Source of the DNA: Pecten maximus
Lineage: Eukaryota
Assembly (NCBI RefSeq): GCF_902652985.1
Contig: NC_047022.1
Location: 34,844,001-34,908,000, forward strand
Direction of reading: 5' to 3'
DNA: 64,000 nucleotides
This document shows, piece after piece, positions 13,090 to 27,364 of the stretch. The notes under the pieces are model-generated. The model did not search any database and was not told the origin of the DNA. It worked only from the letters and a program-made list of their open reading frames with translations. The position numbers and the translations under genes are program-made. Each line of letters opens with the position of its first letter. Positions within the stretch are counted from its first letter, which is position 1.

Positions 13090-14313
13090 CATACTTGCCA
13101 ACTTCCCCGATTTAGTTGGCAATTTCCTGGTTTCAGACTCCCCCTGCCCCGTCTCCTGATGGTATTGATAAAACATAGGGTATGCTCCCGATTTTGGAGA
13201 ATATGTCTTGATAACCCCGTATGGAGCCCCTATTCATCTTGTTAGTGTCACTTAGGCCTATGACAGGTAACGCTTGCTGGCTGGTGAAAGACGTATGTGT
13301 GGGGCATTGGTCAATTAACTGACCTGTTCACAGACTGTAACGAAATTCTGACACTTCACTGACTGCAAGGGTGCAGTACCCCGATAAATAAACAATTAAT
13401 TAAAACCAATTAAGCTGAATGTCCTCTACTTGACAGTAAACAGACAAAGTAATATCTTGGACAGAAAAAGTGAAAACAACACTTGCAAAGATATCAACCG
13501 AGTGTCTAATGTGACATGATCACTTATTGAAATGTTAACTACATTTAAACATTGGCTGATCTTTAAATAATTAGCACAAGGAAATAAATTCACAATATTT
13601 TTTAAATGACCATATAGACCAAAGGCCTGGTTGCATTGCCGGTAGGTAATTACATGTCATTTCAATTACCGTATCATCAGCATACCTAGTGTCAATTAGC
13701 AGAGACCTATTGTGGCAGAAACTTTCCCAATTCACATTTTGAAAGACAAAAACATGTCCACAAATACTCACTTTCTTAAACTAAATACTGTCATGTTAAA
13801 ACTAAGAATTTAAGTATAAGTCCCATCCTACAAAGCACCGAGTTGAAGTGAGTACACTGCTAATAGAATACAGACTTTTTTTAATGTTTTGTATTTTTGT
13901 CTTTGTAATTTAAATCAAAAGAAACACTTGATACTTCATTCAGAAATTATATTGTACTCTATAGATATCTATTGTGACATTTTCGGTATTTTATTTTGAA
14001 GTTCACTGATCATTTGTTTGTTTTTGTTTAACATCCTATTAACAGCCAGGGTCATTTAAGGACATGCCAGGTTTTGGAGGTGGAGGAAGGCTGGAGTACC
14101 CAGAGAAAAACCACCGGCCTACGGTCATGATCGGTACCTGGCAACTGCCCCACGTAGGTTTCAAACTCACAACCCAGAGGTGGAGGGCTAGTGATTAAGT
14201 GTCGGGACACCATAACCACTTGGCTACTGTGTCGCGCGTGAAATGTGTTTTGCGGTCAAAAATGTCTCTCACGCACCCCCCCCCATGAGAATTTTAAAAA
14301 GTTGGCAAGTATG
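13090..14313. mobile_element. hAT-like MITE containing a SINE
   Basis: TIR CATACTTGCCAACTT; 6 bp flanks cgatag/cgacag. Confidence 0.65.
14013..14230 (-). mobile_element. tRNA-derived SINE
   Basis: Reverse-complement homolog of the SINE at 20541-20760. Confidence 0.85.
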
Positions 14314-14869
14314 CGACAGTGTTCACTGTTGCAAAACCATGAACCTCAAAAATGCTACAAATAACGGATGTTGTGTGACTTTGGAGTAAAATCAAGTATA
14401 ATTAAACATAAGCCTACCGTCACATCTGGAAATCTTTGATTTGTACATTCCAATATTATACTACTTAGAGTTGTCTCTGTATGTAATTATAATCTGCCAT
14501 GATACTTCTCGGATAACACTCGCGAGGATGCTAATCCAAATACGGTATGATATTTATGACCATATATGGATGAAGCTACTACGATTAAAAAAACATTATC
14601 AAAGATATTTAACCAGTTTTTTTGTAATGGTTGTGAAGAAAGTGAATCTTACTTGGTGTAATTATTCAAATTCAGATTGTTTGACCTTGCTCACCAAGGC
14701 AGTGATCACCAAGGGCTGTTTTACTATGGAGCAGCGCCATAGTAAAATGTCTACCCGCCATAGTAAAAAAAAATCTGCCCCGCGGCGCCGATCTTCGAAT
14801 TCAAAACTCTGTTAACCCGTGGTGAGCCCCAGATACTGCCGACTGTTTAGTGTTTTACTGACTGCACAG

Positions 14870-17082
14870 TAGTGCTGTAACGATACATCGATACGTATCG
14901 ATATATGTTCGTTTTGTGCCGCGATACGATACATTGATACAGTCATCCCTGTATCGTAATATCGCCGGCATGGGTGCGGGTTCATGTAACACATTTGATA
15001 CAGCGAATCGAGCGCACCAAAGCGCACCATCAGTAAAACGCTTGTAACCGGATTGTATGAAGTCGCCAATGCAGAGCGCCTTGATGATTATGAATAAATA
15101 CGGACGATGGCTAACGCTGACAGCCATGTGTAATTCCCTTTTACTTTATCTCTCTATCTATATCTATATCTTAGTACTTAACCTCATCCGACTTGTAAAT
15201 CAAAGATATTCGTTGACTTGAAACAAGTCAAGGGTCCACGGCACATGGAACTTACCTATCGAAGTAGAGTATTTAGTATTGCCGTATTCACAGAATGGGA
15301 GGCGGAGTTAACGTATTTCGGGAACACAATAACTTGAATTCGCATTAACCCTTTGCCACATGTAAGCGCCTCTGGACGCCTTTACCCCTTGCCACATGTA
15401 AGCGCTTCTCGACGCCTCTGCATTATCTCCATGTAAGCGCTTCTCGACGCCTCTACGTTATCTCAATGTAAGCGCCTCTCGACGCCATGCCGGTTCGGTA
15501 AACTTAGACATGGAAAATCCCGTGATTGAGAGCGACACCTATCTGGAAATCCCTGATACTATTTTAAGAAGATATCAATGCATCGACCAATCAGATTTGT
15601 ACACGTCATTCATACGAAAGTTTTTGAATAAATTAACCTAGAAAGTGTGAGTCATGAGTGTAGAAAAGTGTGACAACAACGAGGCGTGATGGCGGCTGTG
15701 GCTACGATTTTGCGCGACATTTTTGACGACGATGATGATAATTTAGAGTTCGATGGCTTTAGACCTGAATACATTGAGTCAGATATTGATCTTAACGATG
15801 TTCTAAATGAACTGTCAACAGATAACGAGTCCGAAAATGAGGACGAACGGCGACTAGTTGTACCGCCGCCATTAGGTAATGTTGACCGAGATTTTTCGCC
15901 GATCACAGTAAATGATTTTGTTAGGGAAACGGGGCCAGTACTTCCAGAAACTTTAGATGTTGATACTGTAAGTCCCATTGATTATTTCTACCTTTTCTTC
16001 AATGAGAATCAGTTTCCACCATAGCTCGACACACTAATAACTACGCTCGCCGGCATTTGAAAAACGAAGGTAGATTTGACCCGAAATGGTCGGATACACA
16101 TTCCTTCGTCGCGACATCGGATATAAAATATTCTAGGCTTAAGCCTGAACTGTTGAAATATTCTTGTGAAAACTTTGAAAATTCAGTTTGTTTCATTTGG
16201 GAGTTAATGTTGAATCATTTCATGTACAGGAATTCAATGAATTATAAATTACATTGTCAAAATATTTTGAAATTTTTCTGTTCTGTTTGTATACAGCTGA
16301 TTTCGTGGTTATGTGTTGTTGGTTTTATAAAGAAAATAGCACAGAATTAACATTTAAGAAATTCTGAACATAATTGTAACTTACTAAAAAAGCCTAAAAC
16401 AACTATCAAAATTAGGTTTAGAAAAATTAATCAAAACAAAGCTTAATTTCTCAAAAACTGCCATTGAGATGGTGTATGTATATTTCAGTCAGCGCAATAA
16501 TGTTGCATTGCAACAATGTATCTTTGCACTATCAGCACAGAGTGCTGAAGTGTTATAACCTGCATGTGGCAAAGGGTTAAATCGGTATCACCCTCATTTG
16601 ACAATTTTACACCACCAGCAAGACAAGTATTGAAAACCGAAAACCGTGGACAGGTTAAACACAAATAAAGCCGAAAACCACTATGTTTAAAAGCTGATAG
16701 CAAACATGCTACATGATGTATCGATAACTAGTTTATAATAAATGATCTGCGCCCTTTTTCGGCAGTGGAAATGAATGTTTCCATGAGTTGTAACTTGTTG
16801 CACGTTGTTGACCCAAGGTATAACATTCAGAGTCGACAATGTTTCAGTGACAAGTCTCAAGAGTCCTGTTTATATTTGACATTTATTTAGATCTGTTTAA
16901 TTCTACTGTTTTTGTTAAAAATGTGTTCAATGAGTGTCATTAAAACTTCAGATTGAACGTTAAATATTGTTTGATTTGTTTCAATTTATGACAATTTCAC
17001 GTATACGCTATACGTATCATATCATGATGTCTGTATCGCAATATGTATCGTATCGTGACATTGTTGCCGATACACAGCACTA
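14870..17082. mobile_element. Non-autonomous hAT element hosting a piggyBac
   Basis: TIR TAGTGCTGT, 8 bp TSD CTGCACAG (14862-69 and 17083-90), clustered CGATAC subterminal motifs. Confidence 0.85.
15349..16576 (+). mobile_element. Internally deleted piggyBac with a transposase N-terminal relic (15686 to ~16100)
   Basis: TTAA TSD, 14 bp TIR CCCTTTGCCACATG, subterminal repeats atgtaagcgcytct.gacgcc, acidic N-terminus plus GP...SPIDYFYLFF and TNNYA..W motifs typical of PGBD transposases. Confidence 0.9.
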
Positions 17083-17891
17083 CTGCACAGGTAAGAGCTT
17101 GAGGCCAGTTAATTACCTGTTCACACGCCAGGGCGACTTTTGACACTTCATTCAATGACCTGGACGTCCAATACCCCGACGAATTAACCGATGTAATTAT
17201 ATCAATCATACCAATATTAATTGATGGCTTAATTGATCAGGCCACGAACCGCGTGTTTGTGTTTTGAAAACGGTCATGTGTCGAATAAAGGCTTAAATGG
17301 CTTCGACGATTAAAGTCAACCTCATATATGACCCCGATTACTTTATAACACACGTGACATGGATGTTGCGTTTGTGAAGAAATGATGAGTTTGCAAAACG
17401 AAAGTAACATGAACTGTAGAACAAAAAGACCGATGATTATAATTTCATTCTGTAATCATGAAGCGACAACTAAAGCAGCAGTCTATTGAATCATTTTTCG
17501 AGAATTCGCCGAAACGACAGAAGGCTTAGCCCGGTCTGTTCACCGACAAAGTCAAAACACAGATCGTCATTTTTACCGACTGAATGAAGAAATATTTATG
17601 GCTAAAGTACCACGAAGATGAAGTTATTTAGGTGTCAAATGGTTACTAAAATGTATTTTGTATTATATAAATCTCTTACATGTCATAATAAAAAATATAA
17701 TTTTTAAATTATTTTTTAAAATGTTATTGGCTAGTTTGTATATGACTGATTTATAGGCCTATACATATTTAATGTAAACAAACTTAATAGTTGATACTTG
17801 ATTAAAAAATGTATTATTTCCAAATTTTACATTATTGACTAATATATAGTGACTTTGTTTAATCATAAAACCAAAAATTAAATTTTTTTTC

Positions 17892-17983
17892 TCTCTATAT
17901 TTTCAGTGATTAGGTCCAAGTATTTACCTAGAGTGCTTTCACTCTAGGTAAATACTTGGACCTAATCACTGAAAATATAGAGA
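17892..17983. repeat. Perfect 44 bp-arm inverted repeat with a 4 nt loop, in SRSF1 intron 1
   Basis: tctctatattttcagtgattaggtccaagtatttacctagagtg-cttt-reverse complement. Confidence 0.9.
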
Positions 17984-18256
17984 AAAAAAAATGGCTGGGC
18001 AGTGGGGTATGTGTTATAGTGATACATGGCATTTTAACATACTATCGCAAATATGATGATACCCACAGAATTTTACGCAATTTCATTTATACACATCAGT
18101 AATTCGTTAATCTCATAAACTTGCTGTGTTTGATTGATGCTCAATATTATCCGGCTGCCCTACTGTCAAACGACGAATTTGCTATGATTTTTGTCAAAAA
18201 TACCCAATAATCGCGATCAAAACACGATGGACAGAATTTTGGCATTTAACATTGAC

Positions 18257-18440
18257 CAGGGCATCCAGTAGACCCTAGAGAGTATGTTTTTGACTCTACA
18301 AAATCAAATTTGACTCTTGATTTTGAAGGAGCATGTCTATTTGATATAATGTTTTGACAGTTTTTGACACTTCATATTTCTGACAAATAGTGATTTGACT
18401 TTTGAAATTGCTAAAATTCAAGGGTCAACTGGATGCCCTG
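18257..18440. mobile_element. hAT-like MITE with a 6 bp TSD
   Basis: TIR CAGGGCATCCAGT.GACCCT; ATTGAC on both sides. Confidence 0.85.
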
Positions 18441-18755
18441 ATTGACTACAATAAACTATTAGTAATCAACAATTTGTTTGGATTACAGATATAAAGTACC
18501 TTAATTTGCTATTTTATAATGGCACGAAAAATTCCAAAAGGGAAAAACTCTCTCCAATATCTGATTTCGACGGGGAATTTTTCAGTACACAGGCTTTCAT
18601 TCGATTTTCATTCATATATCAACTATTTGTAATCTATATTACACATCATTTTAATTAGTCACAGAATAGCATAAATGCATGTGATGTATATGGCAAGCCA
18701 AGTTGTCATTTATTCGCGGAGCAATGTCAATCCAGTCTTTTACCAAAATAAGATA

Positions 18756-20432
18756 CGGTAAACCTCCGGTTAGTTCGAACAAAATTAAATAAATATTGAC
18801 TAACCTGTTCGAATTATTCGAAATTATGCTTCAGAAAATAAGCGCGAGTTGGAACTATCCAAGCCGATATCTGTGAAAATTATGATGATTATTGTGCTAA
18901 GCCGCTCGGGCAATGCGTAGCTATATAGGCCCCAAAACAGTACAGTACACGTTTTATTTGTGACACAAAAGTTTACCATTTGTACAGTATAATCTCTGCA
19001 TGGTTATATTTTTTATCTGAATCGGAAACTATCACTATATTATTGTAATAAATGGTCTCTTTAATACATCGAAAGCATAGTCTACATAACCTGTTGCGTT
19101 TACGAAAGCACTACTGTAAAATTAGGTCAGAACATGTCTGCTTTTAAATATGGCCATATCCGGATATGAATGCTTATCACGTCACTCAGCACGACCTGGC
19201 GGCAGGTTCTTTCAACTTCACCGCAAGCAACACCTCGCGTGGCCTGCTTACCTAGCGCGAGGTCGCAGGTTTTCAGGCAATACCTTGATTGGCAATAATT
19301 AAGAGATGTCCAGTCACAATTAAATAATCATAATGCTAAGGGCAAATTTGTTGCAAATAAACTGGTTTAGGTTTGGGTTTATGGTTTAAACCTGGTTTTC
19401 AAAACGGTTTGTAAACTAAAACTGGTTTGCTCTTGAGAAACAAATGCGAAATTCTAGTTTTCAATATGGTGTCTTTGGGAGAAAATGCTTCAGAGCAGTA
19501 TTTGAAACGTTGATACCTCCTGAACGCACAAAAATTCCCCGAATCCCAAATTATGTTGAAGACATACTTCCACAATTCAATGCAATGACAAACACAAGGG
19601 AACACTGTCATACCAATGGGAAAACAATTATTAATATTTATAATTTATATTTTATTTGTCCAGTCAAATGACACTACAAGCCATAGCTGACAAGTTTGGA
19701 GTACATAGCGCACTTCAAGAGCACATTCTGCATGTTGACAACATTCGCCATCTTGTTTTCAGAAACGAAACCTTCCAAACCACAACCGGTGGTGGTTTGA
19801 ATGGTTTAATAAACTAGTTTAGGTTTATCAGAAACAAATGAATGAACCGGTTTCAGTTTAAATGTGGTTTGAAACTGGTTTACTCAACAAATGGAGAGTT
19901 TACAGAACCGGTTCGAAACTAAAACTGGTTTTAGGAGAACAAATTCGCCCTAAGTAACACTAGTTATATTTGAAAATACATGGATGATTTCTTAGTTTGC
20001 CAAACAGCGTGAATACAAATATTGCAGGTTATTTACACATTGTTGGGGCCTAAATTTGCAATCAGCTGTCTAGTGCGTGGTGTATTTTGCAATGGAAAAA
20101 CAACTGAATTAACGCTAAAATATGAGGCATATATTAAATCAGACGCATTCTAATGATCACGCATACAAATTAATCCAATAGCCTAAACGTGCCTGTTGAT
20201 CAAATTTAAGTCTTGGGCATTTTTTCTGGGCCGGTCGTCGCGAGCTTTCAATGGAGTTTGCTGAAAAAAATCCTACTTTACGTTCCTCATTTGACAAGTT
20301 CTAACTATCCGAAATACTGTCAGTTATAAAACAACCAGAGTTCAAACTATTACTAGCTAAAAATATTGTTTTTCTAGAAAAAAAATGTGTGTTCGAACTA
20401 TCCATGTGTTTGAACTAATCTGAGGTTTACCG
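18756..20432. mobile_element. Tc1/mariner-type MITE hosting a Harbinger element
   Basis: TA TSD; TIR CGGTAAACCTC.G.TTAGTTC.AAC. Confidence 0.8.
19340..19950. mobile_element. PIF/Harbinger-like non-autonomous element
   Basis: TIR GGGCRAATTTGTT, TAA TSD, aaactggttt subterminal repeats. Confidence 0.8.
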
Positions 20433-20540
20433 TATCTTATATATATTATATAATCTTATATAAGACATCTTATATGTTTATGTTATAAGATATCTTATAT
20501 ACATGTAGGCCTAATGTTGTTTTTTTTATTCGAGAAAAAA

Positions 20541-20760
20541 GGGGCTACGGTGGCCGAGTGGTTAAGGTGTCCCGACATGTTAACACTAGCCCTCCACCTC
20601 TGGGTTGCGAGTTCAAAACCTATGTGGGGCAGTTGCCAGGTACTGACCGTAGGACGGTGGTTTTTCTCTGGGTACTAAGGCTTTCCTGCACCTCCATACC
20701 TGGCACATCCTTAAATGACCCTGGCTGTTAATAGGACGTTAAACAAAAACCAACCAAAAA
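20541..20760 (+). mobile_element. tRNA-derived SINE with a V-domain-like core and LINE-like tail
   Basis: A box TGGCCGAGTGG, B box GTTCAAAACC, AAAC-type tail, 12 bp TSD TATTCGAGAAAA (20527 and 20761). Confidence 0.9.
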
Positions 20761-21131
20761 TATTCGAGAAAATTATAATCATGTAGCTGATAGTAATATA
20801 CTGCCCGGTGTAAATCATATCGTGCTGGGGCTTGCTACAGTCGATAATGTGAGGGACTTCATACCATGCCGTACTCAAACAATGTTAGAGGTTTTACACT
20901 GCGAGATACTTTTGACAGGCGCAGTCGGCAAAATCATATCGGATAGAAAAAGAGCCGACCAGCGGCCTCTTATGTTATAGGAGTTACCCTGCCGCAGGGT
21001 ATGAATATGTTCTGACTTGATGAAATGTCTCGAGAATAAATGATAAAGTTAAACTATTTCGAGTAATTGGAAATACAAAAATTTGATACAAGGTTATATT
21101 TATTAGTAGGCCTGTGCTAGCACGTGCATAC

Positions 21132-21301
21132 CTTGAATCTTCAAACTCCACAAAGGCAAAAGGTGGGCCACGTCTGTTTTTCAACTCAATGTAACGAATG
21201 TTTCCATATTTTGTAAATAAATCTTCGATATCTTTTTGTCTTACATCGGGTGGTAAATTGCCGACATAAATTCTGGAATCAGATCCGCTTCTAGACGACA
21301 T
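21132..21301 (-). CDS. SRSF1: SRSF1 coding exon 1 (RRM1 N-terminal part)
   Basis: [56 protein letters not shown], with RNP2/RNP1 motifs. ATG at 21301, donor AG|GTATGC at 21131. 170 nt, phase 2. Confidence 0.95.
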
Positions 21302-21934
21302 ATTATAAGGAATTTGATTGCTGAATTCGTCAGATTTCCTTGATCGTGGCGTCAACGACCGGCTTGGGTCTTTCAAATGTTTGATTGCATTGCTATAATA
21401 TCAAAGCGTACAATTGACATTGCATGTTTCCGCAGAAGTGCCTTCTGGGATGATATATGCCTCAAGAGATTTATTATTACTTGAACCAATTAATGTCGTG
21501 GAATAATCCAATGAAATGTCTTGGTTCAGCGTCCTTGTGGATACGTTGCTAATGTCAGCATCATCTCCATCATACGCAGAACCAAAACCGGCAAGTTGAA
21601 AGTGACAAAACTTTTAGCTTACGATTTTTTGTGTGACGAATTTTGCTGTTGAAATCTGAAAGGACAGGTTTGTATGAACGAATTCCCCCACTAATAAGTT
21701 CTTTTTTAAATATAACAATGTGCATGTATGTATCTAAATCATAGGCTACAATACTGAGGTAGCAATGCTCAACCATTTTTTTCCTTCATATGTGTTTATA
21801 TAAACTGTATCTTATTTTGTTTATCTATGTTTTGTCTTTACAAAACAGAAAACAGATTGGAAATCGGTTAAAAAACAAATTTTCTATGCGATATTTAAAA
21901 CACGAAAATCCACTGTCCTGAAATGGCATTTTTT

Positions 21935-22470
21935 TTCGGCAGAACGATTTACCCAAAAACACCAACAAATTTCATGAAAACGTCATTAGAAAATGATATG
22001 TATGTATATATTTAAAACATATCGAATACAGTTACCTTCTTTTGTTGACTTACCGGCGAGTAGGGTTTTGACGGTGAGGGAGATAACTCTGTATTGTGAT
22101 CTTGACCGATATCTACAATTGTACATACTAAAATAATTATGAGTAACTATATATGTTTGTGCCAATTTATTGGCAATTCACCTATGTCATAATTGTTATG
22201 GCATACTATGTACTGAATAAACATGATATCAACTGGATATGTATAGTTATTTCCACGTGGTCGGTTTTATTGTATGACTGTTTGTAAGAGTTATCTCCCT
22301 CGTCGTCAAAACCCTACTCGCCGATAAGTCAACGAAAGAAGCTATCAATAGCTGTATTTGATGCGTTAATATATAGATATTAATTTCTAACAGTGTTTCC
22401 ATGTAATGTGTTGATGTTGTGAGATGTTTTTGGGTGTGTTTGGGTAGTTTTTGGGTAAATCGTTCAACCC
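21935..22470. mobile_element. Foldback/MITE-like long inverted repeat upstream of SRSF1
   Basis: 22037-22090 is inverted at 22288-22340; outer arms gaacgatttacccaaaaac / gtttttgggtaaatcgttc. Confidence 0.65.
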
Positions 22471-24433
22471 TTTTTTTCAAATATACAAAAAACGCGTACT
22501 CCATGCATCTTGATAAGTTGAATATGATTTTGTTTGTATAAATGGTGTAAGAATTGGCCAATTGTAATATTCAAGCTAAAAACAGAACATTCTTCTATTT
22601 TTATGCAAGATATTTTAGGTAAAATGTTCCATTATGACCATTCTAAGTGGAAGTTACTCCCCTTCTTAAATTTTTAACAAGTGAAACTGAAAGTATATAG
22701 ATTCAAATATCTTAACGAGGTAGTAATAACACCTCAGTGTAGCTACAACACAATTTAATTAATTGTGTTTTATATATAAACAAATGATAGTAATGTTGGT
22801 ATGTGATAAACTGCAGTTGACACAAAAAATAAGTCTGTAAATGCGTATATTCAAAACTAGGTCAAGTTGACTTCGATATGACGTTGAGTCTTCGTCAATG
22901 AAGTGGTGTGTTCATCTGTTATTGTAAACGTTTCATTTGTTTAATATTGATGCTTAAATTGATTTGATTGTTTGCTGTTTAATTCAAACTAATGGATTCC
23001 ATACAAAACTAGAGGCAAAATGTGTATGGTACTGTACCTCTGTGATCAGGGTCTCTCGGCGCTACTTTCGACCGCCATATAGGCATCTTTGATTTTACGA
23101 TGTTTTTCATTGACCCCCTTCTCGAATAAATGACATTTTCATGTGTTTCCCGGGATTGTCATGCATAATATTATATACCCAAAAAATCAGAAATGCCTAA
23201 GTAATACAGCCAGTTAAGTATGGTCACGTCGTTTGACTCGGCCGGAATCACGGTAATATTCATAATTCAGTTTTTCGAAAAATTGGCATTCCTTACCCTT
23301 TTGCCAATTTTAACATACGAAACATAGTTAAATCAATAGGATTCCTTATGGATATTTTTAGGTAATTCGTGCGTTTGTACAGAATTATAAAGACAGTTAA
23401 ATCCTCCGGATACTAAACCCTATAATTGGGGTACGTGTTTTAAAGCGTTTCTAAGATATTGATACGAGTTACCTTCCCTTTGCCTGAGCATTGCTAACTG
23501 AGGTACGTCACATGTGAAGATCACATGTGTTATCATATTTTGGTCGGGAATGTAGATCTAATTAAATCGTTTTATAGCAAAAGTCAATGATAATTAAATC
23601 ACTGGTACAGGATTCTGTTTCCTCTATGTCAGACTCGTTACATAGTACGTAATTGTTATCGCAATTCGGTAATATTTTTGTATGACTGAAAAGTCAACGT
23701 TTGTCCTAATTGATCATGACTATTCAGTTCTTTTTTGAAACATTTTGAATTATTAGCACACACAACATTTCATAGTTTGTTGTTCTACACATTAACAGTT
23801 CGTAGTAAAAAAAAAGATTCCTCAGTGAACACTGTTGAGGATATATTCTTAAAAAGCCAGTTGCATCGGGATCATATTTTCCATGAATTAGATCTACATA
23901 ATAAAGTTCGATCATATCATAACCTTGCTGTCTTGATCTTCTTGGCGCTATTTTTTTGAAAATGAAGTCACATCAGTCTATCAGGATATAGATATTTTAC
24001 TTAACGACCAGTTGTGTTGCCCTTCTTTGAACTATTTCAATTTTAAGGTTGCGTCAAAAGAGAGGCTAAGACAAAGCCTCAAAGTTTTTTTTTTGGAGGT
24101 TTTTGGGGGCCGTTAATGGACCCCATTCCCAATCGAAAAGATTGCATTTTAAGGACAAATTCCCAAAATTTGCAGTTTATTCCTGAATATTTACATTTAC
24201 ACTGCAGCCCCACTATATAACTTTACCAAGCTCACTTGGAAGTTATGAGTCCATAATTTCCAAATCTTTATTATGAAGTCATTATTATAGTGACGTCATA
24301 ATTGTCATGTTGGCGATAACGAAAGATGGCTGTTGAAAAGGCTGTTCCGTCTTTGACGATAATAAGTTGTTCATTCATTATCAGAGTAAAATTCCTGGAT
24401 ATAGTCTTTCAAATTCGCTGTCAAATGTAATTA

Positions 24434-24598
24434 TAAGCATTGAACTGCTTTCATTTGGAAGTTATATTATGGGCTGATGAATGCCAACTGAACAAAGACA
24501 AATTCAACATGAAGAGCTAGCACGCTTCATTAAATTTGCCTTTGTCCAGTTGGCATTCATCAGCACATAACTTCCAAATGAAAGCAGTTCAATGCTTA
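24434..24598. repeat. Long imperfect hairpin, probably part of an unclassified repeat
   Basis: taagcattgaactgctttcatttggaagttat...ataacttccaaatgaaagcagttcaatgctta, with inner complementary arms. Confidence 0.8.
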
Positions 24599-26142
24599 AA
24601 AAAATCCTTCACAATTCACCAATTTTCCTCCCAAAATGAGACAAAAATTAAGGCCCCATCCCAAACTAGTGAAAAATAGCCATGCCTCAAGTGACCTATT
24701 CTAGCCTCCTGACCGTCCATAAACAATTAACATTTTCGACGACCCCAATACCACTGAACAAATTACAATAAAATTTGGCAAGAAGCTTCCATGGTCAAAG
24801 GTCAACCAAAATTGTGAATTATATGGTCCCGATCCCTGTGGGGCGGGGCCAACATGGTCAAATTGACTAAAATTTCAAAAATCTCTTTAACTCTCCAATA
24901 TGGAAGAATCAAATACTCTTCACAGATGGAGAGGTCTTAGGTTTTTTACCAAAATTGCGAATTTCATTTTTCGTTTTGTTTTGTCATAAGCCTTCCTTAT
25001 ATTTCGTTATACAATCGAGAAGGGGTTTTTGCCTTTTGTTTTGATGTTGTTTTTTAAACTAGAAATACAATAAAACGCATTCCAAGTTCATTGCATACTA
25101 AAACTGACATCGATGGGGATAAAATAGTTATTTTGGGAGGAAGGCAGGCAAGAAAAAATGAGAATTTCTTGGATGTGATACTGCTGATTTAACCCATCGT
25201 ATACTTGCATGAAAGTAACATTACTTTCTACCTCCATGTTGCATCAAATTTGTAAAACCAGACCCTGTAATGAATGGTGACGCATACAACGAGCACACAA
25301 AGTGCCGCTCTTGATCTTTATCACTTCCTTCCTCGTGTTTGTTGTTGTATGGTTCCAAAAACCGCTTGCAAGCTTGAACAGACTTTGAGCCGTTTGCTTC
25401 AAACATCCGCGTGACCAGAAAACGATGATTATAAAAAATTGAACCTTGTAAAAAGTCTGGGTTTGTCAGATTCCTTGAGCGTAAAAAAGGGAGCGAGAAA
25501 TTAAATTGTATTGGTCTTAGCCAAACTCTTAAGTCAGCTGTAGAAATAAAACACCAGAAAGTTGAGCATATATCGAGTACATGCATAGATCTGCATCATT
25601 AGGTGTAGTAGGAGAAGGGGCTTATATTTTTTCTCTTTAAATGATATCAATCTTCATCAATTTTGTTTTGACCAATATTTTTCTTTACAAAGCCTGTTTA
25701 TAATTGGTCAAGTAATAAGACTTTTACAACAACAGTTAGTTTTACTACAAATCAACTTTTGGTTAATGCATGGAAAAAATGATTGTTAGTTTAATACATT
25801 TGGCCAGTGTTGGCCCAACACATGAAAATTAACAGTTGGGTTCATAATGTTCAACCAATGTCTTGGGCCAATGCAAGGCCAAACAGACTGACCAACAGAT
25901 AACATTTGGCCAAGGTATGTCTGCTATCTGGGTCATCTGTCCATCTGATGTCAACTTCTAAAAAAATCGAGAGGCATGGGGTCATGATATTGGGCCAATC
26001 ATCTAGTTATGAAGGGGCTTGGGCTATACCAAGTTCAAGATTGTAGTTTCACCTAGAATGTTAGGGAGTAAGGACTTTTTTTCGCATACTGTAGTGTATT
26101 TATTATCTTTGCAATATTACTCTTCATATATACCGTATATAA

Positions 26143-26442
<300 letters not shown>

Positions 26443-27364
26443 AAATATGGAAATCTGTTGACTTTGATTCAGAAAAAAAATCTCCCTAGTGTTTTATTCT
26501 TCAACCGACTTCTACTCAATAGATTTTTGTATGACTACACCATCTGTTATGTGTAAAGTTGACATGTTTACTTTGCTAGCCTAAAATTTAAGTTCATAAT
26601 ATATGTGAACAGCAAAACAACATTTTCTTAGTACCAGTATTCAAATTTGAGAGGATATATCCTACACTTATTAAATAATATTTGTATCCGATAAAGTTAC
26701 TACAAAGATATATGTTGACATTGACTGCTATTTGCATTATTCATTGACAGTGAAGGTTATGATATCATGATTTCAATATTCAGACTCAGCATTAGGCATG
26801 AAACAATCAACCTGTTGACCAAAATGAGTTTTTGTCAAACTTTCTGTGCACAATGTTTTATGTACCCAGCATATTTTATTTTATGATTGGGCTAGACTGA
26901 TGTATTAAATAACTGCACATCCTGATATTGTATTACAGTACAGGGGGTTTGCTTTACCTTGTGCATTTGGCTTGTATCAATTCAATTGGAATGTTAGGAC
27001 AATTATGAGTGAATTTCGTTTTATGTGAGGTTGGATGATGATTATGAGTGAATTTCTTGAATGTGAGATATCAGTTAGTTCTGTGCAGTATTAAATACAT
27101 GTAGTCTGGCCCTTAGAAGTGATACATTTGTGTGCTTTTATTTTGTAAAGTGTATTGATCAATCGTGCCAACTCGGATTAAGTTTTTGTTCTCTATTAAT
27201 TATACTAATGTGTAAATTCATCACTTGTGATTGTTATATTATTTTATTTGGTGCTTCAAAATTGAGTGTATTTTACCAGGTCTTGAATACAAGTTAGTTA
27301 CCATACATAGAGTTTGTAGTTTTATATATTTGACTATTGTTATGAATGCGATTTATTCTACAGT

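Noticed and set aside
15686-16024. Domesticated piggyBac gene
   Set aside because: Frameshifted N-terminal relic lacking the catalytic core, inside an internally deleted element.
20541-20620. tRNA gene
   Set aside because: The A/B boxes continue into a SINE body, tail and TSD, and a second copy lies at 14013-14230.
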